NCBI GenBank assembly: GCA_963725665.1
Contig: CAVRZA010000006.1
Span: forward strand, 160,001 to 224,000
Reading direction: 5' to 3'
Source: an uncultured Actinomycetes bacterium
Lineage (GTDB): Bacteria > Actinomycetota > Thermoleophilia > UBA2241
DNA length: 64,000 nt
This document shows, piece by piece, positions 1 to 9,462 of this stretch (position 1 is its first letter; the number at the start of each line of letters is the position of its first letter). Position numbers and translations under genes: made by a program. The notes below the pieces were generated by a model. It was not told where the DNA came from. It made no database searches and worked only from the letters and a program-made list of their open reading frames with translations.

Positions 1-573
1 TCAGGAATCGTTGGTGTCGCCGGCAGTCCCGAACGCTTGCAGACGAGCGCAAGGACGTCCGGCGGTCGACATGGCCACGGCAATGACGATCTCGTTTGGC
101 CTCGGCGCGTCGGGGACTCGCACCTCGAACGACTGGTGATGTGAGCGCGTCGTGGCGTCGTAGACGTGCTTCAGCGGTATGTCGAATGAGGACCCGACAG
201 TGCCGCGCTTCTCAAGTGAAGGCAGAAGCGTGGTGGCCTCACCAGCGGCGGTGCGCACCGGATTGCCGAAGCGCAGCGTGTGAATGATGGCAGAGCCATG
301 CTCGATCTCGCCGTCACTCCCCACAAGGGCACCCTTACCGAACGCCTCCGGTGAACTCGGTAGCAGCTCCAGACAGCGACCCGCCAGTAGGACTCCCAAC
401 TTGCGACTGTAGGTTTCGATCAACGGCGTCAGGTCTTCCACATCCTTACCTGCAAAAGGATTCCTGACGACAGCGGCCGCTGCGGCGATCGTTGTGGGCG
501 GCTCGACCGCCCTCTCGCCCTCGAGGTGGACTTCTTCCGCTATCTGGTAGAGCTTCCTGATCACCGCTTCCAA
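1..573 (-). CDS. Amino acid synthesis family protein (AA_synth/DUF1185)
   Basis: AAAVVRNPFAG, EAFGKGALVGSDGEIEHG, DIPL-H and RSH...DAPRPNEI motifs typical of the family. Confidence 0.85.
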   Translation of the reverse strand: MEAVIRKLYQIAEEVHLEGERAVEPPTTIAAAAAVVRNPFAGKDVEDLTPLIETYSRKLGVLLAGRCLELLPSSPEAFGKGALVGSDGEIEHGSAIIHTLRFGNPVRTAAGEATTLLPSLEKRGTVGSSFDIPLKHVYDATTRSHHQSFEVRVPDAPRPNEIVIAVAMSTAGRPCARLQAFGTAGDTNDS

Positions 574-1274
574 TTCGCCTCCTGCGTTCGGTTAACCCCA
601 TAGCTGCGAATCCCGCCTGAGAGAAGGCGGTTACCGACGGCTACGCTCGTGGCTATCTTGCCGTTCTGGACGACAAGCCGCCCCCGCTTTCGAGCAAACT
701 CGCCATGCCCCAGTTCTACCCGCCAGACCAGCGTCGGCCCCAGGAGGACACCCATTCTTGCCGTCCCGAAGCACCCGTTGTGCGGACTGCTTGCCGCCTC
801 TACTGCGCATTGTACTTGCCAGCGGATGAGAGAGACGACGATGACGACTGTGCCTGTGCCCGTTCCCGCGACGAGCGCCCCTGCCGTCCCAGGCCCGCAG
901 CCGTTACACCGCCTCCCCCATGACCCCTTGCCCGGCTCACGCGGCTCGCCGCACATGACGCGGCCGGCCGGGGACCTTCCGCGGAAGCTGCCGATATGTT
1001 GCTGGATCTTGGGGAAACGCGAGGCTCGCACTCGGAGGGGAGGGACCAGTCTCCGCACCAAAAGGACGCCGAATCGTCCTCAAACGACGCCGAATGGCAC
1101 CCTGGGCTGCCCACTTGGGAAGCCTGATTTCTACCACTGGGCTAGGACGGCATTGCGGCGATTTGCAGGAGTTTCTTGTTCCTGCTGGCCGGCCAAGGAT
1201 GACACGCATTGCTGAAGAACTGCGACGATCTGCAGGAATAGGCAGGCTGGCGAATGCCTCGTCTTACGCCCTGT

Positions 1275-2603
1275 TCAGTCCCCGGCCGGCACCGTCTCGC
1301 CATCTTCTGCTCCTGAAGAGACGTGCATCACGTAGCGCCTGAACCGCGGCATGCCACGCGCGATCGCCGTGATGCCCGCTACGCAGCCGATCCCGCCGAT
1401 GACGATCGAAGCCTGGGGTCCGACCAAGGCCGCGAGCGCGCCGGCCTCCAGGTTGCCAATCCGCGGCCCGGCCTGGATCACGGCCGTCTGGATCGAGGTG
1501 AGACGGCCGCGCAGCCGGTCGGGCGCCTCGACCTGCAGGATCGTGTGACGGAACACCGACGAGATCACGTCGGCCCAGCCGGCGATGGCGAGCATGAGCA
1601 GCGCCAGCCACAGCCAGGGCGAGAGCCCGAACGCCGCGATCGCGACGCCCCACATCACGATCGCAAGGATGACGGCGCGACCCAGCCTTGAGACCCGGAC
1701 GGTCCAGCCCGAGAGCAGCGTGCCGATGAGCGCGCCGGCTCCTGGCGCCGCATACATGTAGCCGAGCAACTGGGCATCTCCGTTGAAGTGCGACAGCGCC
1801 ATCGCCGGGAACAACGCCAGGGGCATGCCGAGGATCATGGCGGTCAGGTCGGCCAGGAAGATGCCCTGAATGGCCTGCCGGCCGCGTAGGTAGCGAAAGC
1901 CCTCAACGATCGAGCGGAGGCCGAACCTTGTGCCGGATCCCTCGGGCACGAGCGCGGGCAACCCGATTGACGCGACGATCACGGCGGTGAAGCTCACCGC
2001 GTCGAGCCAGTACGCCGCCGCAATGCTGAAACGCGCCAGCAGCAGCCCGCCGAGGGCGGGGCCGAGCACGAGCGAGGCCTGCCCCCCGAGCTGGCGCAGC
2101 GCGTTGGCCGCGGGGATCTGATCGCGAGGGACGAGGTTGACCAAGATCGCCATACGCGCCGGGCCATCGGCGCCGGCGAAGAAGGCGCCGCACCCGACCA
2201 GCGCGTAGAGCAGCCCGATGCTCGGCGTATCGCCGAGGCTGTTCACCGCGAGCCCGACGCTGCAGAGCGCCAGCGCGACCTGGGTCACGACCAGCATCCT
2301 GCGGCGGTCGATCGCGTCGGCGAGCGAACCACCGAGCAGCGAGCCGACGAGCGCCGGGCCAAGCTGGGCGAGACTCACCAGACCGACGTAGAGCGACGAC
2401 TCGGTGAGCAGGTACACCTGGTAGTAGACGGCAACGAGGGCGAGCTCCGAGCCCATCTGCGATACAACGAGGCCGAGCCACAGACGCCGGAAGTGCGGGA
2501 ACCGCCGCAGCGGTTCGATATTGATGATCGGCAGCCGTCTCATGCCGGCCCGTCGGCCAGGCTGCGCTGGCCTGACACCGGACCGGGAGTCGTGTTCGAG
2601 CAC
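1275..2603 (-). CDS. MFS transporter (EntS-like exporter)
   Basis: About 12 hydrophobic segments; FRRLWLG, GGSLADAIDRRR motif A, APDRLRGR; GGAGG upstream of GTG 2603 (alternative ATG 2543). Confidence 0.85.
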   Translation of the reverse strand: MLEHDSRSGVRPAQPGRRAGMRRLPIINIEPLRRFPHFRRLWLGLVVSQMGSELALVAVYYQVYLLTESSLYVGLVSLAQLGPALVGSLLGGSLADAIDRRRMLVVTQVALALCSVGLAVNSLGDTPSIGLLYALVGCGAFFAGADGPARMAILVNLVPRDQIPAANALRQLGGQASLVLGPALGGLLLARFSIAAAYWLDAVSFTAVIVASIGLPALVPEGSGTRFGLRSIVEGFRYLRGRQAIQGIFLADLTAMILGMPLALFPAMALSHFNGDAQLLGYMYAAPGAGALIGTLLSGWTVRVSRLGRAVILAIVMWGVAIAAFGLSPWLWLALLMLAIAGWADVISSVFRHTILQVEAPDRLRGRLTSIQTAVIQAGPRIGNLEAGALAALVGPQASIVIGGIGCVAGITAIARGMPRFRRYVMHVSSGAEDGETVPAGD

Positions 2604-2723
2604 CAGCGAGCCGCCTCCCAGAGCCGGCGCTCATGCGCTCGTCCGCATTCTCCTTGCCCACCGCGCACCTCGACTTGGATGTCCACAGCCTCCTCGCTTC
2701 ACCCACTCCGCACTGACCACACA

Positions 2724-2738
2724 CGATATCTGATATCG
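2724..2738. promoter_or_regulatory. Palindromic operator-like site (GntR-type)
   Basis: CGATATC-T-GATATCG, a perfect AT-rich inverted repeat about 120 bp upstream of the MFS gene. Confidence 0.45.
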
Positions 2739-2861
2739 CATGCGGCGGTGGCACGACCTCGCGCAGCTGACTCGTGCCACGGTGCGCGTGCCCGATGCCG
2801 TCGAGCTCAAGGGCCTCGACGAGACCGATTCGGCGAGACGGCATACAACCTGACATGAGAC

Positions 2862-2905
2862 GAGTGCGGCGGCGGGCTGCCTCGAGGCGGCCCGCCGCCG
2901 CACTC
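2862..2905 (-). terminator. GC-rich hairpin downstream of the htrA-like gene
   Basis: GAGTGCGGCGGCGGGCTGCC-TCGA-GGCGGCCCGCCGCCGCACTC near-perfect inverted repeat; no clear U tract. Confidence 0.5.
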
Positions 2906-3118
2906 AGAAGGAAGCAGTCAGATCGCCCGCGGCGCGTCGCCTGTCAGAGCGGGACGAGGCGGCAGGGAGTGGTCGGCCGACGCTCCGGCCTGACATGGAA
3001 GGGCGCGGGCCGCGGAACGAGTTCCGCGGCCCGCGCCCGAACGACTCGGGGGCCGGGTGCCGCTGACTCGGCACCCGGCCCTTGCAGGGTCACTGCCACC
3101 GATCCCCATGTTGAACGT

Positions 3119-4027
3119 CTACCAGAGCTGGCTGGGGTCGATCCCTTGGCTGGGGTCGATCTGGCCGTAGCCCTGGCTGGGGTCGATCTGGCCCGACTGG
3201 GCCTGGCTGGGCTGGAACGAGCCCGACTTCATCTGCTCCATGACCTTCACGGCGGTGTCGATCGGCACGGCAAAACCGATGCCCTCGTTGCCGCCCGACT
3301 GCGAGGCGATCTGCTCGTTGATGCCGATCACGGCACCCGACGCGTCGAACAGCGGGCCACCCGAGTTGCCGGGGTTGATCGAGGCGTCGGTCTGGATGGC
3401 GCCGCTGATGGTCGCCCCGTTCGGTGACTGGACCTCGCGGTCGACCGCGGACACCACCCCCGTCGAGAGAGAGAAGTCGAGACCGAGGGGGTTGCCGATG
3501 GCCACGACGGACTCGCCCACCGCGACCTTGGAGGAGTCGCCCAGCTTGACGGGCGTGAGGGTCGGCGACTGACTCGGGTCGACCTTGAGGAGGGCGACGT
3601 CGGTCGTCTCGTCGACGCCGACGATGGTGGCGGCGACGTCGGTCGTCTGATTGCCGCTGCCCTTGAACGTGACTTTGACGTCACTGGCCGTCTGCCCGCT
3701 CTCGCTCACGACGTGGGCGTTGGTGAGGATGTAGCCGTCCTTCGAGACGACGAAGCCGGTGCCGATGCCCTGGCCTCCGCCCGACGACTGGCCGAAGATG
3801 TCCTGCGTGCCGGCGAAGGTACTCGTGATCTCGACGACGCTGCCGGAGTTCTGCTGGTAGATCTGCTGGGGAGTGAGCCCGCTGGTCGAGAACGACGTCT
3901 GCGTGCCGTTGACGACTGTCGTGCCGGCGTCGGCGCGCAGGGGACCGATCCCGACGACTGTGGCGATGCCGAGGAGCAGCGCCGTTCCGGCGATGCCGCC
4001 GACCAAACCCATAAAGAACCTTCTCAT
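3119..4027 (-). CDS. HtrA/DegP-family trypsin-like serine protease without PDZ domain
   Basis: N-terminal membrane anchor; GTGFVV, TNAHVV, DVALLK, IQTDASINPGNSGGPL, GIGFAVP; ends in IDPSQ repeats. Confidence 0.92.
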   Translation of the reverse strand: MRRFFMGLVGGIAGTALLLGIATVVGIGPLRADAGTTVVNGTQTSFSTSGLTPQQIYQQNSGSVVEITSTFAGTQDIFGQSSGGGQGIGTGFVVSKDGYILTNAHVVSESGQTASDVKVTFKGSGNQTTDVAATIVGVDETTDVALLKVDPSQSPTLTPVKLGDSSKVAVGESVVAIGNPLGLDFSLSTGVVSAVDREVQSPNGATISGAIQTDASINPGNSGGPLFDASGAVIGINEQIASQSGGNEGIGFAVPIDTAVKVMEQMKSGSFQPSQAQSGQIDPSQGYGQIDPSQGIDPSQLW

Positions 4028-4214
4028 TTCCTTGGGACCTTTCTCTGCCGAAGGGATGTGAGGGCGGACAGTGAGACACCGTCTCGGCTCGACGGGCCCT
4101 CCGCTCTGCCTTGTGGCCTACTGAGATTGTGCCGCGACGAGATTAAGAGGGCACTGGGAGCCTGTTAGCGCCCCAGCACTTGCTGTTAAGCGCCTGTTAA
4201 TTCCCTAGTGGTTT

Positions 4215-4231
4215 CTGAGAGAAGGCTGAGA
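4215..4231 (-). promoter_or_regulatory. MprA/OmpR-type direct-repeat box
   Basis: Minus strand TCTCAG-CCTTC-TCTCAG; further 11-bp-spaced hexamers (plus strand CTGTTA) at 4183 and 4194. Confidence 0.6.
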
Positions 4232-4397
4232 GGAGGCCGTGCACCGGCCGTGAGGCGCGGGGCGCCGAGGCCGCGGCGCCGGGGCCGCGGCGGCCGCAGG
4301 CGTCGACGCGATGCGCCCGCTACCAGCGGCAACGACGGGCTGCCCGCGCGCGCATCAGCACTTGCCGATGGTGGGCGCCACATGCCATAACCACGAC

Positions 4398-5330
4398 ATG
4401 AGCTGGCCCGCATACCTCGACCTGCTCGCCTCCGGTGAGCTGGCGGAGCGCGCGCGCAGCGCCTCGCTCCTGCTCGTCGGCTGCCGCCTCTGCCCCCGTC
4501 GTTGCGGCGCCGACAGGTGGCGCGGCCGCACCGGTGTGTGCGGCATCGGCGCTCGGGCGCGGGTCGCCAGCTACGGCCCACACCACGGCGAGGAGCGCTG
4601 CCTCAGCGGCCCCAGCGGGTCGGGCACCATCTTCTTCAGCGGCTGCAACCTGGGCTGCGTCTTCTGCCAGAACTGGGAGATCTCGCACGGGCGGCGCGGC
4701 GGACACCTGGAGAGCGAGGAGGTCGCAGCGAGGGAGCTCGCCGGCATGATGCTCGAGCTGCAGGGGCTGGGCTGTCACAACATCAACTTCGTGACGCCCT
4801 CGCACGTCGTGCCGCAGATCCTCGAGGCGCTCGCCGTTGCCGTTCCGGAAGGGCTGCGCCTGCCGCTCGTCTACAACACCAGCGGCTACGACGCCGTCGA
4901 GACGCTGCGCCTGCTCGACGGCGTGGTCGACCTCTACATGCCCGACTTCAAGTACTGGGACAAGGAGGCGGCCGCGCGGGACCTCACGGCCGCCGACTAT
5001 CCCGAGGCGGCGCGCGAGGCCATCGTCGAGATGCACCGCCAGGTCGGCGACCTGGCGCTGGACGGCGACGGCCTCGCGCGCCGCGGCCTGCTCGTGCGCC
5101 ATCTCGTTATGCCCGGGATGCTCGACCAGAGCCGCCAGATCTTCGCCTGGCTCGCCGCACTGAGCCCTGGGACGGCGGTCAACGTCATGGCACAGTACCG
5201 CCCCGAGGGGCTCGCGGCGCGGCAGCAGAACGACTACCCCGAGCTCGCCCGTCAGCTGACGCGCAGCGACTACGCGGCGGCGCTCGACGAGGCCCGCGCA
5301 GCGGGCCTCCGGCGCGCCGCCCGCCTCTAG
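4398..5330 (+). CDS. Radical SAM protein, PflX-like (PFL-activase related)
   Basis: CRLCPRRC, HHGEE..LSG..GSGTIFFSGCNLGCVFCQN, GCHNINFVTPSH, VDLYMPDFKY, LLVRHLVMPG, NVMAQYRP. Confidence 0.9.
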   Translation: MSWPAYLDLLASGELAERARSASLLLVGCRLCPRRCGADRWRGRTGVCGIGARARVASYGPHHGEERCLSGPSGSGTIFFSGCNLGCVFCQNWEISHGRRGGHLESEEVAARELAGMMLELQGLGCHNINFVTPSHVVPQILEALAVAVPEGLRLPLVYNTSGYDAVETLRLLDGVVDLYMPDFKYWDKEAAARDLTAADYPEAAREAIVEMHRQVGDLALDGDGLARRGLLVRHLVMPGMLDQSRQIFAWLAALSPGTAVNVMAQYRPEGLAARQQNDYPELARQLTRSDYAAALDEARAAGLRRAARL

Positions 5331-5343
5331 CTCTCCGACCACA

Positions 5344-5376
5344 CGGGGCCGGGTGTCGTTCCGACACCCGGCCCCG
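5344..5376. terminator. Hairpin between convergent genes
   Basis: CGGGGCCGGGTGTCG-TTC-CGACACCCGGCCCCG perfect stem. Confidence 0.55.
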
Positions 5377-5409
5377 CCGCATCTCCGCCGACCTTCTGCA
5401 ACCCGTGCG

Positions 5410-6810
5410 CTACAGCTGCTTCACGCCCTGGATCAGCTTGGCGGCCATGTCCTGGCCGTCGCCGTAGAGCATGCGCGTGTTGTCGCCGAAGAAGAGCGGG
5501 TTCTCGACGCCGGCAAACCCGGCGCCGCGGCCGCGCTTGATGACGATCACGTTCTTGGCCCGGTCGACGTCGAGCACCGGCATGCCGTAGATGGGGCTCG
5601 TCTTGTCGGTCTTCGCGCCCGGGTTGACCGTGTCGTTGGCGCCAATCACGAGAGCGACGTCGGTCGTCGCGAAATCGGGGTTGATCTCGTCGATGTCGTA
5701 GATCAAGTCGTAGGGCACGCCGGCCTCGGCGAGGAGCACGTTCATGTGTCCCGGCATGCGTCCGGCGACGGGGTGGATGCCGAACTTCACCTGCACCCCG
5801 CGCTCGCGCAACAGCTCGGCGAGCTCCCAAATCTTGTGCTGTGCCTGCGCGACCGCCATGCCGTAGCCGGGAGCGATGACCACCTTGTCGGCGTAGGCCA
5901 TCATGATGGCCGCGTCGTCGGGTTCGATGGGCTTGAGGTTGCCCTCGGCGCCGCCAACCGCCTCGGCGCCCTCGGCGGCGCCGAAGCCGCTGAAGAGCAC
6001 GTGCGCCAGCGAGCGGTTCATCGCTCGCGCCATGAGCTGGGTGAGCAGCGTGCCGGCGGCGCCGACCACCATGCCGGCGATGATCATGGCGGCGTTGCCG
6101 AGCACGTAGCCCTCGAAGGCCACGGCGAGGCCGGTGAGGGCGTTGTAGAGCGAGATGACGACCGGCATGTCGGCGCCGCCGATGGGCAGCGTCATGAGCA
6201 CACCGAAGGCGAGGGCGAGGGCGAAGAAGAGAGCGATCAGAGGGGTGCCGGCGTGCCCCGAGACGCCCGTCTCGCCGAGCACGATGGCGATGCCTAGGGC
6301 CACGGCGGCGCCCAAGACTGCGAGGTTGAGCACGTTCTGCCCGCGGAACTTGAAGGCCCGTTTAACGATCCCCTGCAGCTTGGAGAAGGCGATGAGGCTG
6401 CCGCTGAAGGAGACGGCGCCGATGATCGCACCGAGCACCGCCAGGATGGCGACGTCGGCCGGACGGTGGGCGGCCGACGCCGCGCCGCCCTTCAGAAGCT
6501 CGACGGCGGCGATCGCGCCGGCCGCGCCGCCGCCCATGCCGTTGAAGAGGGCGATCATCTGCGGCATGCCCGTCATCGGCACACGTCGCCCCCACCAGCC
6601 GGCCAGGGCCACACCGGCGACGATGGCGACGACCATCGGCACACGGTTGTGCATCCCGGGCGTGAAGAAAGTCGCCACGACGGCGACCAGCATGCCGACG
6701 CCGGCCCACACGATGCCGTTGCGGGCCGTGACTGGCGAGCTCATGCGCCGCAGGCCGAGGATGAAGAGCACGGCCGCGGCGAAGTAGCTCGCCAGGATGA
6801 CCTGGTCCAT
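5410..6810 (-). CDS. pntB: NAD(P) transhydrogenase subunit beta
   Basis: PIGGADMPVVISLYN, PGYGMAVAQAQH, IHPVAGRMPGHMNVLLAEA, GANDTVNP. Confidence 0.97.
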   Translation of the reverse strand: MDQVILASYFAAAVLFILGLRRMSSPVTARNGIVWAGVGMLVAVVATFFTPGMHNRVPMVVAIVAGVALAGWWGRRVPMTGMPQMIALFNGMGGGAAGAIAAVELLKGGAASAAHRPADVAILAVLGAIIGAVSFSGSLIAFSKLQGIVKRAFKFRGQNVLNLAVLGAAVALGIAIVLGETGVSGHAGTPLIALFFALALAFGVLMTLPIGGADMPVVISLYNALTGLAVAFEGYVLGNAAMIIAGMVVGAAGTLLTQLMARAMNRSLAHVLFSGFGAAEGAEAVGGAEGNLKPIEPDDAAIMMAYADKVVIAPGYGMAVAQAQHKIWELAELLRERGVQVKFGIHPVAGRMPGHMNVLLAEAGVPYDLIYDIDEINPDFATTDVALVIGANDTVNPGAKTDKTSPIYGMPVLDVDRAKNVIVIKRGRGAGFAGVENPLFFGDNTRMLYGDGQDMAAKLIQGVKQL

Positions 6811-6820
6811 CGCCTGCTCC

Positions 6821-7183
6821 TCAGGCCTGCCGGTGACCGTCGCCCGACGCAGCGCCGCCTTCGCCCGAAGCCCCGCCTCCAGCGCCGGCCGCCGGTTTCT
6901 CGCGCTCGCGGCTGCTCTTGAACATGCCCAGCATGCGCACCGTCACCACGTAGCCGCCGACCACGTTCATGGCCGCGAGCACGACGGCGAATACACCGAT
7001 TGTCTGCTCCAGGCCTGTCTGCGCGAAGCCGAGCGCGATCATGGCGCCCACGAGCACGATGCCGTGCACGAAGTTGGACCCGGACATGAGCGGGGTGTGC
7101 AGGATGACCGGCACGGCGCTGATGACGACGTAGCCCGTGAAGGCGGCCAGCATGAAGATGTAGAGGGCGTTCCAGCCGCTCAT
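6821..7183 (-). CDS. pntAB: NAD(P) transhydrogenase subunit alpha, part 2 (membrane)
   Basis: LHTPLMSGSNFVHG, NVVGGYVVTVRMLGMF; ATG 7183 overlaps the upstream stop. Confidence 0.93.
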   Translation of the reverse strand: MSGWNALYIFMLAAFTGYVVISAVPVILHTPLMSGSNFVHGIVLVGAMIALGFAQTGLEQTIGVFAVVLAAMNVVGGYVVTVRMLGMFKSSREREKPAAGAGGGASGEGGAASGDGHRQA

Positions 7184-8379
7184 GCGGCCCCTTCGATCTC
7201 TCCGCCCAGCTCCTCGCTTGGGGTGAACGTCTCCGCGCGAGAGAGCTCGGCCCACTGGATCGACTCGAGCGTCGGCGTGGCGCACACGCGCCCCTCCCGC
7301 GTGAGCACGCTCTCGGCGACGATCTCGTCATCCCAATCGAAGCGCAGCTCGCCGTCCTTGACGATCAGAGTGAGGAAGTTGAGCAGGTTGCGCGCATAGG
7401 TCTCGCTGGCGTGCACGGGTAGCATCGCGGGCACGTTGAGGGGCCCGTAGATCGTGACGTGGCCGTGCACCTTCACCTCTCCCGCGCGCGTGAGCTCGCA
7501 ATTGCCGCCGCCCTCCGCGGCGAGGTCGACGATCACCGAGCCCGGCTTCATGGCTTCGACCATCGCCGCCGTGACCAATAGCGGCGAGGGCTTGCCCGGG
7601 ATGGCCGCCGTCGTGATGACCGCGTCGGACGCCGCCACCCGTTCGGCGATCAGCGCGCGCTCACGATCCTTCTCCTCAGGCGTCAGCTCGCGCGCGTAGC
7701 CGCCTGTGGCCTCCGCCTCGAGCCCGAGGGAGAGGAACTTCGCGCCCAGAGACTCGACCTGCTCGCGCGTCACGGGCCGCACGTCGTAGGCCTCGACCAC
7801 GGCGCCCAGCCGCCGCGAGGTGGCGATGGCCTGCAGGCCTGCCACTCCCGCGCCGAGTATCAGCACCTTCACCGGCCGGATGGTCCCGGCGGGCGTGGTC
7901 AGCATCGGGAAGAAGCGTCCCATGCCGCAGGCGGCCATGAGCGCCGCCTTGTAGCCGGCCACGGAGGCCTGTGAGGTGAGGGCGTCCATCGACTGCGCGC
8001 GCGTGATCCTGGGGATGAGCTCGACGGCGAAGGCGGTCACGCCGCTGTCGCGCAGAGCCGCGACGCGCTCGGGGTAGCGATGCGGCGCCATGAAGCCCAG
8101 CACCGCCTGCCCGTGGCGCAGCCGGGCGATCTCGTCGAGGTCGGGTGGCTGGACCTTGAGCACGACGTCCGACCGCTCGTAGAGCTCGGCGGCCGTGGGC
8201 ACGAGGCGGGCGCCGGCGCCGACGTAGTCGTCGTCGAGGAAGTAGCTGCCGACGCCGGCGCCCGCCTCGACCAGCAGCTCGACGCCGAGAGCGAGAAGCT
8301 TGGGCGCCACTGTGGGCACCATCGCCACGCGCCGTTCGGCGGGGGTGATCTCTTTGGGAACGCCGACGCGAAGCGCCAT
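7180..8379 (-). CDS. pntAA: NAD(P) transhydrogenase subunit alpha, part 1
   Basis: GVPKE...ERRVA, PRITRAQSMDAL, GAGVAGLQAIAT, VIVDLAAEGGGNCELT. Confidence 0.95.
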   Translation of the reverse strand: MALRVGVPKEITPAERRVAMVPTVAPKLLALGVELLVEAGAGVGSYFLDDDYVGAGARLVPTAAELYERSDVVLKVQPPDLDEIARLRHGQAVLGFMAPHRYPERVAALRDSGVTAFAVELIPRITRAQSMDALTSQASVAGYKAALMAACGMGRFFPMLTTPAGTIRPVKVLILGAGVAGLQAIATSRRLGAVVEAYDVRPVTREQVESLGAKFLSLGLEAEATGGYARELTPEEKDRERALIAERVAASDAVITTAAIPGKPSPLLVTAAMVEAMKPGSVIVDLAAEGGGNCELTRAGEVKVHGHVTIYGPLNVPAMLPVHASETYARNLLNFLTLIVKDGELRFDWDDEIVAESVLTREGRVCATPTLESIQWAELSRAETFTPSEELGGEIEGAA

Positions 8380-8719
8380 CGCCTCTGTCCGCCTCCTTCG
8401 CGCACGCCCGCCCCCGCCGCGGCAGCCTCGCTGTCGTCCGGCCGAGCTGCATCGAGCCTCGCAATGGGACCTCAGCGACGGCGGCGGCGCCAAGCGCTTC
8501 GCCACAAGACGCGAGCGGGCGCGGGCCTACGAACTTGATGAAACCTCGTTCCTAGTCATCTCCAGCCCGCGCCCGCCCCAAACGCGCGGCACGGGTCCAG
8601 GACGCCCGGGCCAGAGGGGTGATTCTCAGCGGTGCACCTTGTTCGTTGTGCATGACGATTGTACACTACGAAACGTCAACTCTGATTGTATGTACATCGC
8701 GAAAGGAGGCTGCTACCTT

Positions 8720-9004
8720 TTGGACGACGACCGACGCGCGAGCAACCGCCGCACGACAGGCAGGGAGTCGACGAGAGTGCCCGTCCAGTTCAGGCTGCCC
8801 GATGACATCCGCGAGTTCCTCCGCGAGGAGGCTACAGAGCGCCACACGACGCAGACCGACGTCGTCATCGAGGCGCTGGGGCTGCTCCGCAAGCAGCGGC
8901 TCGATGCGCTCATGGCCGAGGGCTACCGCGAGATGGCCGAGACCGACCTCGCTCTGGCCGAGGAGTTCTGGCCCGTCGACCAGGAGACATGGCCAGAATG
9001 GTAG
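8720..9004 (+). CDS. Ribbon-helix-helix antitoxin (NdoAI/MazE-like)
   Basis: AGGAGG RBS then TTG; VQFRLPDDIREFL strand-helix; C-terminal MAEGYREMA..DLALAEE; overlaps the toxin gene. Confidence 0.75.
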   Translation: MDDDRRASNRRTTGRESTRVPVQFRLPDDIREFLREEATERHTTQTDVVIEALGLLRKQRLDALMAEGYREMAETDLALAEEFWPVDQETWPEW

Positions 9005-9342
9005 AGCGGCCCCGCCGTGGCGAGATCTACTGGGTGCGCCTCGATCCGGTCGTGGGTAGCGAACAGGGCGGGACACGACCAGCGCTCGTCGTGCAGAACG
9101 ACGTCGGCAACGAGCGAGCGCCGACCACAATCGTCGCACCGATCACGTCACGCCTTCCCGCCAGGGAGTATCCCTTCCAGGCCCGGCTGCCCGAGCACTT
9201 GCTGGGGAAGCCCTCCGTGGTCTCCTGCGCACAGATCCGCACCGTCGCCAAGGCCAGGCTCTCCCCCGAGCCGATCGCGGCGCTGCCCCCCAGCCTCATG
9301 CGCCAGGTCGATCGGGCGCTCATGGTCGCCCTCGGCCTCTAG
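8998..9342 (+). CDS. mazF: PemK/MazF-family toxin (mRNA interferase)
   Basis: RRGEIYWVRLDPVVGSEQGGTRPALVVQNDVGN, TIVAPITS, QIRTVAKARL. Confidence 0.95.
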   Translation: MVERPRRGEIYWVRLDPVVGSEQGGTRPALVVQNDVGNERAPTTIVAPITSRLPAREYPFQARLPEHLLGKPSVVSCAQIRTVAKARLSPEPIAALPPSLMRQVDRALMVALGL

Positions 9343-9462
9343 AGCCAGCGCTTCTCGTCCTTGGTCTGGGCGACGCCCCAGAACAGGACGCCGCGCCCGG
9401 CGAGGAACGCCCCCGCGCCGATCGGTCCCGTCCCAGAAGAGCGCGATCCACAGACTGTCCAT
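9339..9462 (-). pseudogene. Possible frameshifted small membrane protein (about 40 aa)
   Basis: GGAGG RBS then ATG 9462 (MDSLWIALFWDGT); a 1-nt shift gives IGAGAFLAGRGVLFWGVAQTKDEKRWL-stop. Confidence 0.35.

Noticed and set aside
2749-2780. TGGCAC cores as sigma-54 promoters (also near 1095 and 61883)
   Set aside because: GG-to-GC spacing is wrong, the -12 TTGC is missing, or the site is on the wrong strand
2918-3109. 63-aa ORF downstream of htrA as a detached PDZ domain or peptide
   Set aside because: No RBS, low-information Arg/Ala/Pro composition, no PDZ features
8505-8540. Possible att duplicate of the tRNA-Asn 3' end (GCGGGCCTACGAACTTG versus GCAGGACTCGAACCTG)
   Set aside because: Too short and too mismatched to distinguish from chance
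8530-8670. Rex operator upstream of the pnt genes
   Set aside because: Only half-site-like TGATGAA and TTGTGCA; no TTGTGAA-N4-TTCACAA palindrome
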